This document shows, piece by piece, positions 1-7,856 of a DNA stretch of 40,261 nucleotides (its first letter is position 1; every line of letters begins with the position of its first letter). Source of the DNA: Patescibacteria group bacterium (GTDB taxonomy: Bacteria > Patescibacteriota > Minisyncoccia > UBA6257 > GWB1-50-10); assembly GCA_024239035.1 (NCBI GenBank), contig JANBVK010000001.1:1-40261 (forward strand), read 5' to 3'. The notes under the pieces are model-generated. The model was not told the origin of the DNA. It made no database searches and was given only the letters and a program-made list of their open reading frames with translations. Made by a program: the position numbers and the translations under genes.

Positions 1-1
1 A

Positions 2-826
2 GGTTTCAGCATTCTCATAAACAATGGGGGTGATGAAACATCAGTAAGGACTGTTAATCTTACCCTCTCTGCAGGAGACGACACGGAGTTTGTTGAGTTA
101 TCTGAAAACTCTCTGTTTATTGGGCCTATATCAGATGAACCAGGTAAGACGGGTTTCAGGAGAGACTTGTTCAAACCCACTATGACCTATGTCCTTACTG
201 ATGATCCCGGGGAACACACCATATACGCCAGATTCTACACATCATCCCTTGGCACACCATCAGAGACGGTATCGGACGATATTATACTCATTAAGAGAGA
301 CGACACACCTGAGAGAGACGACACGGTAACTCTACCCCCTCTCCTTACTCAAGAAATGGACTATGGAGCAGCCGGTGACGAGGTAAGCCGTCTCCAAATG
401 TTTCTAGCTGAAGATCCTTCTCTATATCCTGAGGATCAAGTAACCGGTTTCTTTGGATCACTTACCAGAGAAGCAGTCAAAAGGTTTCAATGCAAGCATC
501 AGATCATCTGTGAAGGAGATCCTCTCCCCGGCTACGGGAGAGTAGGACCAAGCACCCTCAAGAAGTTAAATGAGCTAATTCAAGCAAAAGCGAAAGAAGC
601 TCCTCCCTCGTCACCTAAAGAAACAGAGATAGAACTAGAATTAGAAGAAGACATAGAAGTTCTGGAAACCCGCGTCCAGACTCTCCAGAGACAGACGCTG
701 GAACTCCTTAACAAAATCATTGAAACCCTCCAAAGGAATATTGAGGCTCTGCAGGATAAATTTTCTAGAGCAACAAAAGAGATAAACGCTTTTGCCGGCC
801 TCCTATTTTCTGTATTCAACTTCTAG
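2..826 (+). CDS. Peptidoglycan-binding domain protein (PG_binding_1-like), 5'-truncated by the window edge
   Basis: Frame is open from base 2 to TAG at 824-826. Contains G..GDEVSRLQ.FL...YPE..VTGFFG.LT..AVKRFQ and GYGRVGPST, typical PG-binding motifs, followed by a C-terminal coiled coil. Confidence 0.75.
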   Translation, partial: GFSILINNGGDETSVRTVNLTLSAGDDTEFVELSENSLFIGPISDEPGKTGFRRDLFKPTMTYVLTDDPGEHTIYARFYTSSLGTPSETVSDDIILIKRDDTPERDDTVTLPPLLTQEMDYGAAGDEVSRLQMFLAEDPSLYPEDQVTGFFGSLTREAVKRFQCKHQIICEGDPLPGYGRVGPSTLKKLNELIQAKAKEAPPSSPKETEIELELEEDIEVLETRVQTLQRQTLELLNKIIETLQRNIEALQDKFSRATKEINAFAGLLFSVFNF

Positions 827-889
827 CGCTTACTAAGCGTAAGATTGACACGTAAAAGCTAAACGTTGTAAGCTAAAAGCTACTTATTT

Positions 890-1444
890 ATGTTAGCGAT
901 AAAATTCAGACGACAAGGCAAAAAACATCAGGCCTCTTACCGGGTCGTGGTTGCTGAGAAACGTTCTAAATTGCGGGGACGGTTTGTTGATGATTTAGGT
1001 TGGTTTGACCCTCACAGTAAAAAGTTTGATATAAAGAAAGAAAAAGTGGAACACTGGATAAAAGTTGGCGCTAAACCCACCGACAGCGTCCATAACCTCT
1101 TAGTAAAAGCAGAGATTATCAAAGCTCCGAAAATTTCAGTTCACAGCAGGAAACCGAAGAAATTAAAAGATAAAGCTCCGGCGCCCGAAAGCAAGATTCT
1201 TGACCAGAGCGTTGGAGAAACTGAAGTGAAAGAAGACGTGAAGCCGGAAGAAGTGGAGGAGAAGAAAAAACCCGCCTCCGCTCCGGCTACGGCGGGCAAG
1301 GAGGAAGAGAAAGTAGTTAAAGAAAAACCCGAAGCAAAAGCAGAAACGGAAGTAAAAGCGAAACAAGAAGAAAAAAAAGAAACGGCTGTGGCCAAGCCTT
1401 CAGACGATGAGAAAAAGGAGAGTAAGGAGGGTAAGGAGAGTTGA
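890..1444 (+). CDS. rpsP: 30S ribosomal protein S16 with a long charged C-terminal tail
   Basis: MLAIKFRRQGKKHQASYRVVVAEKR...GRFVDDLGWFDP...WIKVGAKPTDSV; sits in the rpsP-KH-trmD context. Confidence 0.97.
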   Translation: MLAIKFRRQGKKHQASYRVVVAEKRSKLRGRFVDDLGWFDPHSKKFDIKKEKVEHWIKVGAKPTDSVHNLLVKAEIIKAPKISVHSRKPKKLKDKAPAPESKILDQSVGETEVKEDVKPEEVEEKKKPASAPATAGKEEEKVVKEKPEAKAETEVKAKQEEKKETAVAKPSDDEKKESKEGKES

Positions 1445-1469
1445 CTTTTTAGGAATAGTCTGGTAAGAT
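1441..1469 (+). promoter_or_regulatory. Sigma70-type promoter for the KH gene
   Basis: TTGACT-17 bp-TAAGAT with an extended -10 TG. Confidence 0.6.
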
Positions 1470-1537
1470 TGGTTAATTAGCAATAATCTAGAAAAGGTCG
1501 AAAAGTAAGATAAACAGAAAAGTTAGTAGGATAGACT

Positions 1538-1825
1538 ATGCCTAACAACACCGTAGATCAAGAATTTCTTGAATATCTGATTAAGTCTATTGTTGATCAT
1601 CCCGATGACGTGAAGGTTGATCGCAAAGTAGATGAGATGGGAGTGTTGCTTTTACTTAAAGTTAATCCCCAAGACATGGGACAGGTTGTCGGTCGTCAGG
1701 GTTCAACCGCCAATGCGATTCGCAGTCTTCTTCGTATAGTAGGTATCAAGAATAATGCGCGGGTGAATTTGAAGATTGAAGAGCCGGAAGGTTCCACTAG
1801 AGCTCCTAGAACTGAAACTAAGTAA
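1538..1825 (+). CDS. khpA: KH-domain RNA-binding protein (KhpA/UPF0109)
   Basis: EFLEYLIKSIVDHPDDV...DMGQVVGRQGSTANAIRSLL (GxxG KH loop); lies between rpsP and trmD. Confidence 0.9.
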   Translation: MPNNTVDQEFLEYLIKSIVDHPDDVKVDRKVDEMGVLLLLKVNPQDMGQVVGRQGSTANAIRSLLRIVGIKNNARVNLKIEEPEGSTRAPRTETK

Positions 1826-1856
1826 GGCAGGTACGCTCTAATATAAAATCTTTTAG

Positions 1857-1891
1857 GAAAAACTGAGCCACTTATTTCGGCTCAGTTTTTC
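1857..1891 (+). terminator. Intrinsic terminator, probably bidirectional
   Basis: GAAAAACTGAGCC-loop-GGCTCAGTTTTTC. Confidence 0.75.
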
Positions 1892-1961
1892 TATTAAGTG
1901 GTGACTAGCGTAAAAACCGAGGTTTTTGCTTTGTGTGAGTAAGTTGTGGTGTAATAAAATT

Positions 1962-2660
1962 ATGATCACATTTGACGTAATAACCATTTTCCCGGAAGTG
2001 TTTGATCCTTATTTGAAAACCTCTATTTTAGGAAGAGCCCAAAAGAAAAAATTGATTAAGGTTAATTTGATAAATCTTCGCCGCTTTACGACTGATAATC
2101 ACAGGACGGTTGATGATACGCCGTTCGGCGGGGGACCGGGAATGGTTTTAAAGATTGAGCCGATATACAAAGCGGTTCAATCGTTGAAAGCTAAAAGCCG
2201 CAAAATCCTGCCTGCCGGCAGGCAGGTAAAAACTAGAGTGATACTGTTCTCCCCCCGAGGTAAAAAATTTAATCAAAAGACAGCAAAGAGATTAAGTAAG
2301 TACGATCAGCTGATTCTAATCAGCGGGCGTTACGAAGGAGTGGATGAAAGAGTGGCTAAACACATTGCTGACGAAGAAATATCGATAGGCGACTATATAC
2401 TCTCCGGCGGTGAACTGCCGGCGCTGGTGTTAATTGAGGCGGTGAGTCGCCATGTCTCCGGAGTGCTTGGAAAGAAAGAATCTTTAGAAGAGATAAAGGG
2501 GTCGTACCCTGTTTATACCCGGCCTGCAGAATTTACGCCAAAAGATAGTTCGACTAGCTCACCACAAGGAAAAACCCGACGCGGATTAAAAGTTCCTAAA
2601 GTTCTGTTATCAGGAAACCATAAAAAAATAGATGAATGGAGAAAAAAACATTCGTCTTAG
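1962..2660 (+). CDS. trmD: tRNA (guanine37-N1)-methyltransferase
   Basis: FDVITIFPE, VDDTPFGGGPGMV, SGRYEGVDER, SIGDYILSGGELPA, YTRP, VPKVLLSGNH. ATG 1962 preferred over TTG 1926. Confidence 0.97.
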   Translation: MITFDVITIFPEVFDPYLKTSILGRAQKKKLIKVNLINLRRFTTDNHRTVDDTPFGGGPGMVLKIEPIYKAVQSLKAKSRKILPAGRQVKTRVILFSPRGKKFNQKTAKRLSKYDQLILISGRYEGVDERVAKHIADEEISIGDYILSGGELPALVLIEAVSRHVSGVLGKKESLEEIKGSYPVYTRPAEFTPKDSSTSSPQGKTRRGLKVPKVLLSGNHKKIDEWRKKHSS

Positions 2661-2677
2661 TATAATTGTGCGGGGTT

Positions 2678-2706
2678 TTGACACAGTAGAAATTTTCAGT
2701 TAGCAT
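2678..2706 (+). promoter_or_regulatory. Sigma70-type promoter for rpsB, near-leaderless
   Basis: TTGACA-17 bp-TAGCAT, ending 9 nt before ATG 2716. Confidence 0.6.
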
Positions 2707-2715
2707 GTAAATTCT

Positions 2716-3450
2716 ATGGATATTACTTTAAATGAAACAGTGCTGTCAGAGATGGCGGAATTTGGGGTTATCTACGGCCACAAAAAATCAAAAACTCACC
2801 CTCTTATGAAACCGGTCATTATAGATAACAGAAACGAAATAGAATTATTGGATCCTGAAGCGGTGGTCAGCAGCTTAAGTAGGGCAATTGAATTTTTAAC
2901 CTTAAAAGCAAAGCAGGGAATGTTGATGCTCTTGGTTGGTACATTACCATCGGCAAAAGAAACAGTTGAAAAGTTTGCGCTGGAGTTTAAGTTTCCTTAT
3001 GTGACAAATCGCTGGCTTGGGGGAACGCTGACAAATTTTAAAGTAATTCATGAGCGGAATTTATATTACCAGGAGCTGAAAGTGAAAAAAGAGAAGGGGG
3101 AATTGGTCAAATATACCAAAAAAGAACAGCTTAAGTTCAGCCGTGAAATTGAAAAACTTAAAAGAAACTTTGAAGGACTGGTTCCTCTTAATAGATTACC
3201 GGATGTCCTTTTCATAGTTGATATAGAAAAACATGATACGGCGGTGAAAGAAGCCCGTCATCTTGGTATTCCGGTAGTCGCAATAGTTGACACTGACGAT
3301 GACCCGAGATTAGTGCAGTACCCAATTTTTGCAAGTGATCACAGTAAAAAAGGTATAGAATGGGTTATGGAGAATGTAAGAAAAAACTTAAGCGGGGTTA
3401 GCAAAGAAGAAGACCCCGGTGATAGTGAGAAAACAAAGAGTGAAGACTGA
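2716..3450 (+). CDS. rpsB: 30S ribosomal protein S2
   Basis: GVIYGH...HP.M, RWLGGTLTNF, LPDVLFIVD, AVKEA..LGIPVVAIVDTDDDP. Confidence 0.97.
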   Translation: MDITLNETVLSEMAEFGVIYGHKKSKTHPLMKPVIIDNRNEIELLDPEAVVSSLSRAIEFLTLKAKQGMLMLLVGTLPSAKETVEKFALEFKFPYVTNRWLGGTLTNFKVIHERNLYYQELKVKKEKGELVKYTKKEQLKFSREIEKLKRNFEGLVPLNRLPDVLFIVDIEKHDTAVKEARHLGIPVVAIVDTDDDPRLVQYPIFASDHSKKGIEWVMENVRKNLSGVSKEEDPGDSEKTKSED

Positions 3451-3880
3451 CGTTAAAAAATTGCGGGAGGCGACAGGGGCAGGCGTTATGGAGTGTAAGA
3501 GAGCTTTGGATAAAAGCGGGGGAGACTTTGATAAAGCTCTTCAAGTTATTCAAGAGCGGGGAGTTGTCACAGCCGGAAAGAAAAGCGAGAGAAAAACCGG
3601 TGCCGGCATTTTAGAGTCTTATGTCCATAACGGCCGAGTGGGCGTGCTTCTGGAAATTAGATCCGAGACAGACTTTGTCGCCCGATCAAAAGATTTCCGT
3701 GAATTGGCTCATAGTCTGGCAATGCAGATAGCTGCCATGGTACCGAATGACGTTGAAGAACTTCTCGGACAGTTATATATTAAAGATGAGTCCGTGAAAG
3801 TGGAGGACGTAGTGAAACAACTAATAGCGAAAGTTGGCGAGAATGTTAAAATAGAAAGGTTTTGCAGGTACGAAATCTAG
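3440..3880 (+). CDS. tsf: Elongation factor Ts (short form)
   Basis: VKKLREATGAGVMECKRAL, YVHNGRVGVLLE..SETDFVA, GENVKIERF. GTG 3440 chosen as start; start is uncertain. Confidence 0.95.
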   Translation: MKTDVKKLREATGAGVMECKRALDKSGGDFDKALQVIQERGVVTAGKKSERKTGAGILESYVHNGRVGVLLEIRSETDFVARSKDFRELAHSLAMQIAAMVPNDVEELLGQLYIKDESVKVEDVVKQLIAKVGENVKIERFCRYEI

Positions 3881-3881
3881 T

Positions 3882-4211
3882 ATGTTCAAATTCATCATAG
3901 AAATGTTAATAATGGTAAGCTTGGGTACTATTTTGTATTTACTTGCCAGAACGATGCCGAGGGTTGATGATAGAGAAACGGATATCCCATCCTTAAAAAC
4001 TCACTGGATAATGGGCTATTTAGAGAAAGCTGACCAAAGGCTAAAATTCTATTGGGAGAAAACCTTACGCCGGTCGGGTATTGTCATATTGAAATTGGAC
4101 AATGCAATAAACAAAAAATTGAGCCGTCTTAAGAAAGAAAATGCAAAGGAGAGCACCTTTTCAATAACAGAAACAGAGGGAGACAAAAAGGAGGATAAAG
4201 ATGCTGTTTAA
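3882..4211 (+). CDS. Hypothetical protein with an N-terminal transmembrane helix
   Basis: Starts 1 nt after tsf; hydrophobic N-terminus. Confidence 0.75.
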   Translation: MFKFIIEMLIMVSLGTILYLLARTMPRVDDRETDIPSLKTHWIMGYLEKADQRLKFYWEKTLRRSGIVILKLDNAINKKLSRLKKENAKESTFSITETEGDKKEDKDAV

Positions 4212-4216
4212 TTAAT

Positions 4217-4299
4217 GCGCAGGTGGTAGAGTGGTCAATTACACGAGTCTGTAAAACTCGCGCCTTAGGGCTACGCAGGTTCGAATCCTGCCCTGCGCA
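4217..4299 (+). tRNA. tRNA-Tyr(GTA)
   Basis: Acceptor GCGCAGG/CCTGCGC, anticodon arm CGAGT-CTGTAAA-ACTCG, long variable arm, T-loop TTCGAAT. Confidence 0.97.
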
Positions 4300-4474
4300 C
4301 ATGAAAACCCCGACCCCCGCTTAAGACACCTGTCGGGTTTCTTAGCTCCCTTCGGTCGGATCTTCCAGCAGCTGGGTTTTCATTCTGACTTCCTCTTATT
4401 AGGAAATCAGGGTGGTTTGAACGGAGAAGGTCTACCTGCGCACACTTCAACCATTTTTTTATTTGATTTACTCT

Positions 4475-4514
4475 TGTCCTCACTTCGTCCACATATGTGG
4501 ACGAAGTGAGGACA
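4475..4514. repeat. Perfect 40-bp palindrome
   Basis: TGTCCTCACTTCGTCCACAT|ATGTGGACGAAGTGAGGACA; a partial copy lies at 21793-21820. Confidence 0.9.
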
Positions 4515-4617
4515 GTGATGGTTTTGTGTTTCTCTTTGCATCTGATAATACTTATTGTTACTATATTTGTAGTAAGAAATCGGCTCTTTGCATAACTTCA
4601 AAAACAGGAGGTGACTC

Positions 4618-5106
4618 TTGGAAAAGGCGGGCATTGTAGCATTTGCGTTCGGAACTCCGCACACCATCAGTTCCAACCAGCGTATCGCTCGCATCGCCTC
4701 ACAGATGGCGCATGCACTCGATATTCCTGTGTACACACAGTTCGATATTCACTGTGAACCAGGGGTCGAAGTGGAGTACACCAGCGAGCCAGGCGATCCG
4801 CCGCCGACTCTCCGGATAGCGAGAGGTGCCGTTCAATGGGCTAAGCAGCGAGAGTTTAGAGAACTCTGGATTGTCGCCGCTAAGCCGCATCTCTGGCGTT
4901 GTATTAGGGACCTCACCTATGCAGTACGGAAAGCCAGAGTAGAGATTAAAGTCCTCGTCTGCAAAGAAATCGAACAGTCCACTGAAAGCGACTGGTTCTG
5001 CCCGGACTCGACGCAGGCGCGCACTCGTTCCTGGGAGAATTGGTATGGCAGGGAACGAATCCTCAAGCTTATGCCGATATTTCTCTATAAGTATTTGGCG
5101 AGTTGA
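4618..5106 (+). CDS. Hypothetical protein
   Basis: 162-aa ORF; SD AGGAGGTG before the TTG start; followed by a terminator. Confidence 0.75.
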   Translation: MEKAGIVAFAFGTPHTISSNQRIARIASQMAHALDIPVYTQFDIHCEPGVEVEYTSEPGDPPPTLRIARGAVQWAKQREFRELWIVAAKPHLWRCIRDLTYAVRKARVEIKVLVCKEIEQSTESDWFCPDSTQARTRSWENWYGRERILKLMPIFLYKYLAS

Positions 5107-5126
5107 TGCGAAGGCTGGTCGCTAAT

Positions 5127-5168
5127 CGAACCCCTCGTGGTTTAACCACTTGGGGTTCGCCTTTTTTT
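5127..5168 (+). terminator. Intrinsic terminator
   Basis: CGAACCCC...GGGGTTCG followed by a T-tract. Confidence 0.75.
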
Positions 5169-5176
5169 ATTTTGAT

Positions 5177-5210
5177 AGAATTTGCCGCCGAGAGTAAAAC
5201 CTGATAATCT
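5177..5210 (+). promoter_or_regulatory. Promoter for purH; duplicate of the tRNA-Thr promoter
   Basis: TTGCCG-17-TAATCT with TG extension; 27/32 identical to 6973-7004. Confidence 0.6.
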
Positions 5211-5294
5211 TTGAACCAGTTAATTGGCAGTTTATATGATGGAATCTGTTGTTTTGATGATTTCCTACTCTCTCACTGATAATGAGGTGTTGAA

Positions 5295-6893
5295 ATGAGG
5301 AACGCGATTATTTCGGTTTATCGCAAAGACGGTATCGTTGAATTCGCCCGGGAGCTTGTAGCGCTCGATTGGCGCATCATTTCCTCGGACGGCACTGCGA
5401 GGGTGCTCCGGGAAGCGGGGGTTGAGGTGACGGACGTCGCTGATATTTCCGGGTTTCCTCCGATGCTCGGCCACCGCGTGGTCACCCTCGTTCCGCAAAT
5501 CCACGGCGGCCTGCTTGCAACGGAGGCACAGCGGGAGGAACTTGATCAACTGGGATTTCCGTGGATTGATCTTGCTTGCGTGGACCTTTACCCATTAAAA
5601 GAGGAGGTGCGGCGGCAGGGCGCGACTCGCGAGTCGGTTATTGAGAAAACTGACATCGGAGGTCTCGCTCTAATTCGTTCGGCTGCCAAGGGCCGCCGTA
5701 TCGTCATAGTGGATCCTGAAGACCGCGAGATGGTGGTCCAGTGGCTCAAAGAAGGTGAATCGGACGGAGATGTTTCAAGGGATATGCTTGCTGCGAGAGC
5801 TGAAGCAATTGCAGCCGACTATTGTTTGGAGTCCGCCCGTTACCTTTCTGAGGGAGCCATCGATGGCGTAATCGGTGACGAGATACGGTTCTGCGAATAT
5901 GGCGAAAATGCCTGGCAGACACCTGCTAATCTCTTCACTTGCGGCACTGGTGATTCTCTTGCACTTGACTGCTTCAAATTTGTTGAGGGCGGTGCGCCCA
6001 GTTTCAATAACTGGTGTGATGTGGATCGTCTGTTGCAAACCATCACTCACATCGCGGCTGCCTACGAGACAAACGGGATGTCGGCACCCTTCATAGCTGT
6101 GGGGGTCAAGCACGGTAATTCTTGTGGAGCGGCGACGGCGGATAACGTGATTGAGGCACTCCGCAGGATGATCATAGGCGATCCCCTAGCGCTCTTTGGG
6201 GGATTGGTCATGACGAATTTCCCCATCGGTGAGGAAGAGGCCGTCTACCTCCGTCGGTGGAATATGACCGGAGCAGGAAAAAGGCTCCTTGACGGCGTGT
6301 TTGCTCCTTCGTTTAGCGATGAGGCAAAGAAGGAACTCAAACGGAAGAGGGGCAAATGCCGCTTACTTGAAAACCCCGCGCTTGCCAGTCTCGGTTCTGA
6401 TTCGCTTGATTCTGGTTTGCGTTTCCGGTACGTGCGCGGCGGGTTCTTGCGGCAACCCAACTATACCTATGTGCTTGACCTGAACGATTCGGATATTGAG
6501 TGTGTGGGTACACCTTTGTTTTCCGCTGCGTTGCAGGATATTCTTCTTGCATGGGCGGTGGGAAGCACAAGCAACTCGAACACGGTCACGCTTGCGAAAG
6601 ATGGTGCCGTGATTGGGAACGGTACAGGCCGACAGGATCGAGTGGGTGCGGCGGAGCTCGCGGTAACGCTAGCTGAGCGAAGTGGGCACGACATCCATGG
6701 CGCAGTTGCTTACTCGGACAGTTTCTTCCCGTTCTCGGACGGACCCAGTGTTCTCATAAAGGCGGGGGTGAAAGCTATTCTTGCCTCAAAGGGGTCTGTG
6801 AACGACGAAGCGATCCGAGATGTGTGCCGGAAGGGTGGGGTAACTCTTTATCTTATCCCTGACCAAAAGGGCCGCGGGTTCTTTGGTCACTAG
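5295..6893 (+). CDS. purH: Bifunctional AICAR transformylase / IMP cyclohydrolase (divergent)
   Basis: ISVYRKDGIVEFA, GTARVL, GFPPML.HRV.TL.P.IHGGLL, IEKTDIGG..LIRSAAK, YGEN, SFNN, KHGNSCG, SDSFFPF.D, GS.ND. Confidence 0.93.
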   Translation: MRNAIISVYRKDGIVEFARELVALDWRIISSDGTARVLREAGVEVTDVADISGFPPMLGHRVVTLVPQIHGGLLATEAQREELDQLGFPWIDLACVDLYPLKEEVRRQGATRESVIEKTDIGGLALIRSAAKGRRIVIVDPEDREMVVQWLKEGESDGDVSRDMLAARAEAIAADYCLESARYLSEGAIDGVIGDEIRFCEYGENAWQTPANLFTCGTGDSLALDCFKFVEGGAPSFNNWCDVDRLLQTITHIAAAYETNGMSAPFIAVGVKHGNSCGAATADNVIEALRRMIIGDPLALFGGLVMTNFPIGEEEAVYLRRWNMTGAGKRLLDGVFAPSFSDEAKKELKRKRGKCRLLENPALASLGSDSLDSGLRFRYVRGGFLRQPNYTYVLDLNDSDIECVGTPLFSAALQDILLAWAVGSTSNSNTVTLAKDGAVIGNGTGRQDRVGAAELAVTLAERSGHDIHGAVAYSDSFFPFSDGPSVLIKAGVKAILASKGSVNDEAIRDVCRKGGVTLYLIPDQKGRGFFGH

Positions 6894-6918
6894 ACGGACA
6901 ATGTAGCACAAGTAATTC

Positions 6919-6956
6919 AAAGGGGTGTTGTCGGTAATGCGATGGCACCTCTTTTT
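6919..6956 (+). terminator. Intrinsic terminator after purH
   Basis: AAAGGGGTGTTGTCG/CGATGGCACCTCTTT stem followed by a T-tract. Confidence 0.75.
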
Positions 6957-6972
6957 CTTTTTGATTTGTAAA

Positions 6973-7006
6973 AGAATTTGCCGCCAAAGTTAAAATCTGA
7001 TAATTT
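6973..7006 (+). promoter_or_regulatory. Promoter for the tRNA-Thr pair
   Basis: TTGCCG-17-TAATTT with TG extension, ending 12 nt before the tRNA. Confidence 0.6.
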
Positions 7007-7018
7007 TAGAGCACGTGT

Positions 7019-7093
7019 GCCACCTTAGCTCAGCGGCAGAGCAACTGTTTTGTAAACAGTAGGTCCACGGTTCGAATCCGTGAGGTGGCTCCA
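7019..7093 (+). tRNA. tRNA-Thr(TGT)
   Basis: Acceptor GCCACCT/AGGTGGC, anticodon loop TTTGTAA, T-loop TTCGAAT, encoded CCA. Confidence 0.97.
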
Positions 7094-7223
7094 GGTACTT
7101 GCCCGTAGCAAGTACGAAAGGGGGTCGGGGAAAAGCGGAAGGGTTTCCCCGTGTCGGAATGAGCGAGCAAAGCGAGCGGACACAAAACCGAGGGTTTTGT
7201 GGGAGCGAATGAAGATGAGCGAT

Positions 7224-7295
7224 GCCAGGGTAGCTCAGTGGCAGAGCAACTGCATGGTAAGCAGTAGGTCGGGAGTTCGATCCTCCCCTCTGGCT
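7224..7295 (+). tRNA. tRNA-Thr(GGT)
   Basis: Acceptor GCCAGGG/CTCTGGC, anticodon loop ATGGTAA, T-loop TTCGATC. Confidence 0.96.
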
Positions 7296-7398
7296 CAGGG
7301 ATTTTACTTGAATTAAAGAAACCCCTCGGTACACTCGGGGTGCTCATAATTCTAGATAATTTTTTGCGTTTAAGCGCAAAAAATTATAGAATTATGGC

Positions 7399-7569
7399 AT
7401 GGCAAAGGGGAAATTTACAGAACAATTAGTGCGGCTTAGGTGTACTGCCTGCAAGAAGGTTAATTACAATAAGCGCAAGAATAAAAAGACGGTGGAGCGG
7501 AAACTTGAATTAAAGAAGTTTTGTCGTTGGTGTAGGAAGCATAAAACTCATAAGGAGAGTAAGAAGTAA
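7399..7569 (+). CDS. rpmG: 50S ribosomal protein L33 (zinc-ribbon type); host 5' part plus phage-supplied 3' part
   Basis: Missing from the ORF track (56 aa): MAKGKFTEQLVRLRCTACKKVNYNKRKNKKTVERKLELKKFCRWCRKHKTHKESKK; CxxC...LELKKFCxxC.KH..HKE signature. Confidence 0.96.
   Translation: MAKGKFTEQLVRLRCTACKKVNYNKRKNKKTVERKLELKKFCRWCRKHKTHKESKK
7513..7535 (+). repeat. attL core inside rpmG
   Basis: AAGAAGTTTTGTCGTTGGTGTAG, 22/23 identical to 39620-39642. Confidence 0.9.
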
Positions 7570-7588
7570 GAAAAAATCTCCTTTAAAG

Positions 7589-7616
7589 AAATGCCCCGTG
7601 GAAACGGGGCATTTTT
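7589..7616 (+). terminator. Phage-supplied intrinsic terminator after the repaired rpmG
   Basis: AAATGCCCCG-TGGAAA-CGGGGCATTT followed by TT. Confidence 0.85.
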
Positions 7617-7685
7617 GTTGTCCGATCTCGTCAAAGGTCGCGCTGATGCCGAGCGATATCGGTAAGACTAGCAACTATTATAAAC

Positions 7686-7856
7686 GTGAAACGTATTAAT
7701 GGTGTAACCATTCTCGACGGCAGTGATATAAAAAACCACTGCGGCCGGCACCGACGAAAATGGAATTACTGCAAACACAAGAGACAATTTTGTAGTTGTA
7801 AAGAGTGCCAAAAAGATGCGGTGAGATTCATCGCACTCAATCAAGTAAATCAATGA
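7686..7856 (+). CDS. Small Cys/His-rich phage protein (56 aa)
   Basis: Not in the ORF track. GTG start, MKRINGVTILDGSDIKNHCGRHRRKWNYCKHKRQFCSCKECQKD...; its stop overlaps the next start (ATGA). Confidence 0.6.
   Translation: MKRINGVTILDGSDIKNHCGRHRRKWNYCKHKRQFCSCKECQKDAVRFIALNQVNQ

Noticed and set aside
5210-5294. ZTP or purine riboswitch upstream of purH
   Set aside because: The leader is short, AT-rich and lacks the conserved aptamer stems.
4217-7295. tRNA genes as the prophage integration site
   Set aside because: No duplicated tRNA 3' end was found at the far side of the prophage; the duplication is in rpmG.
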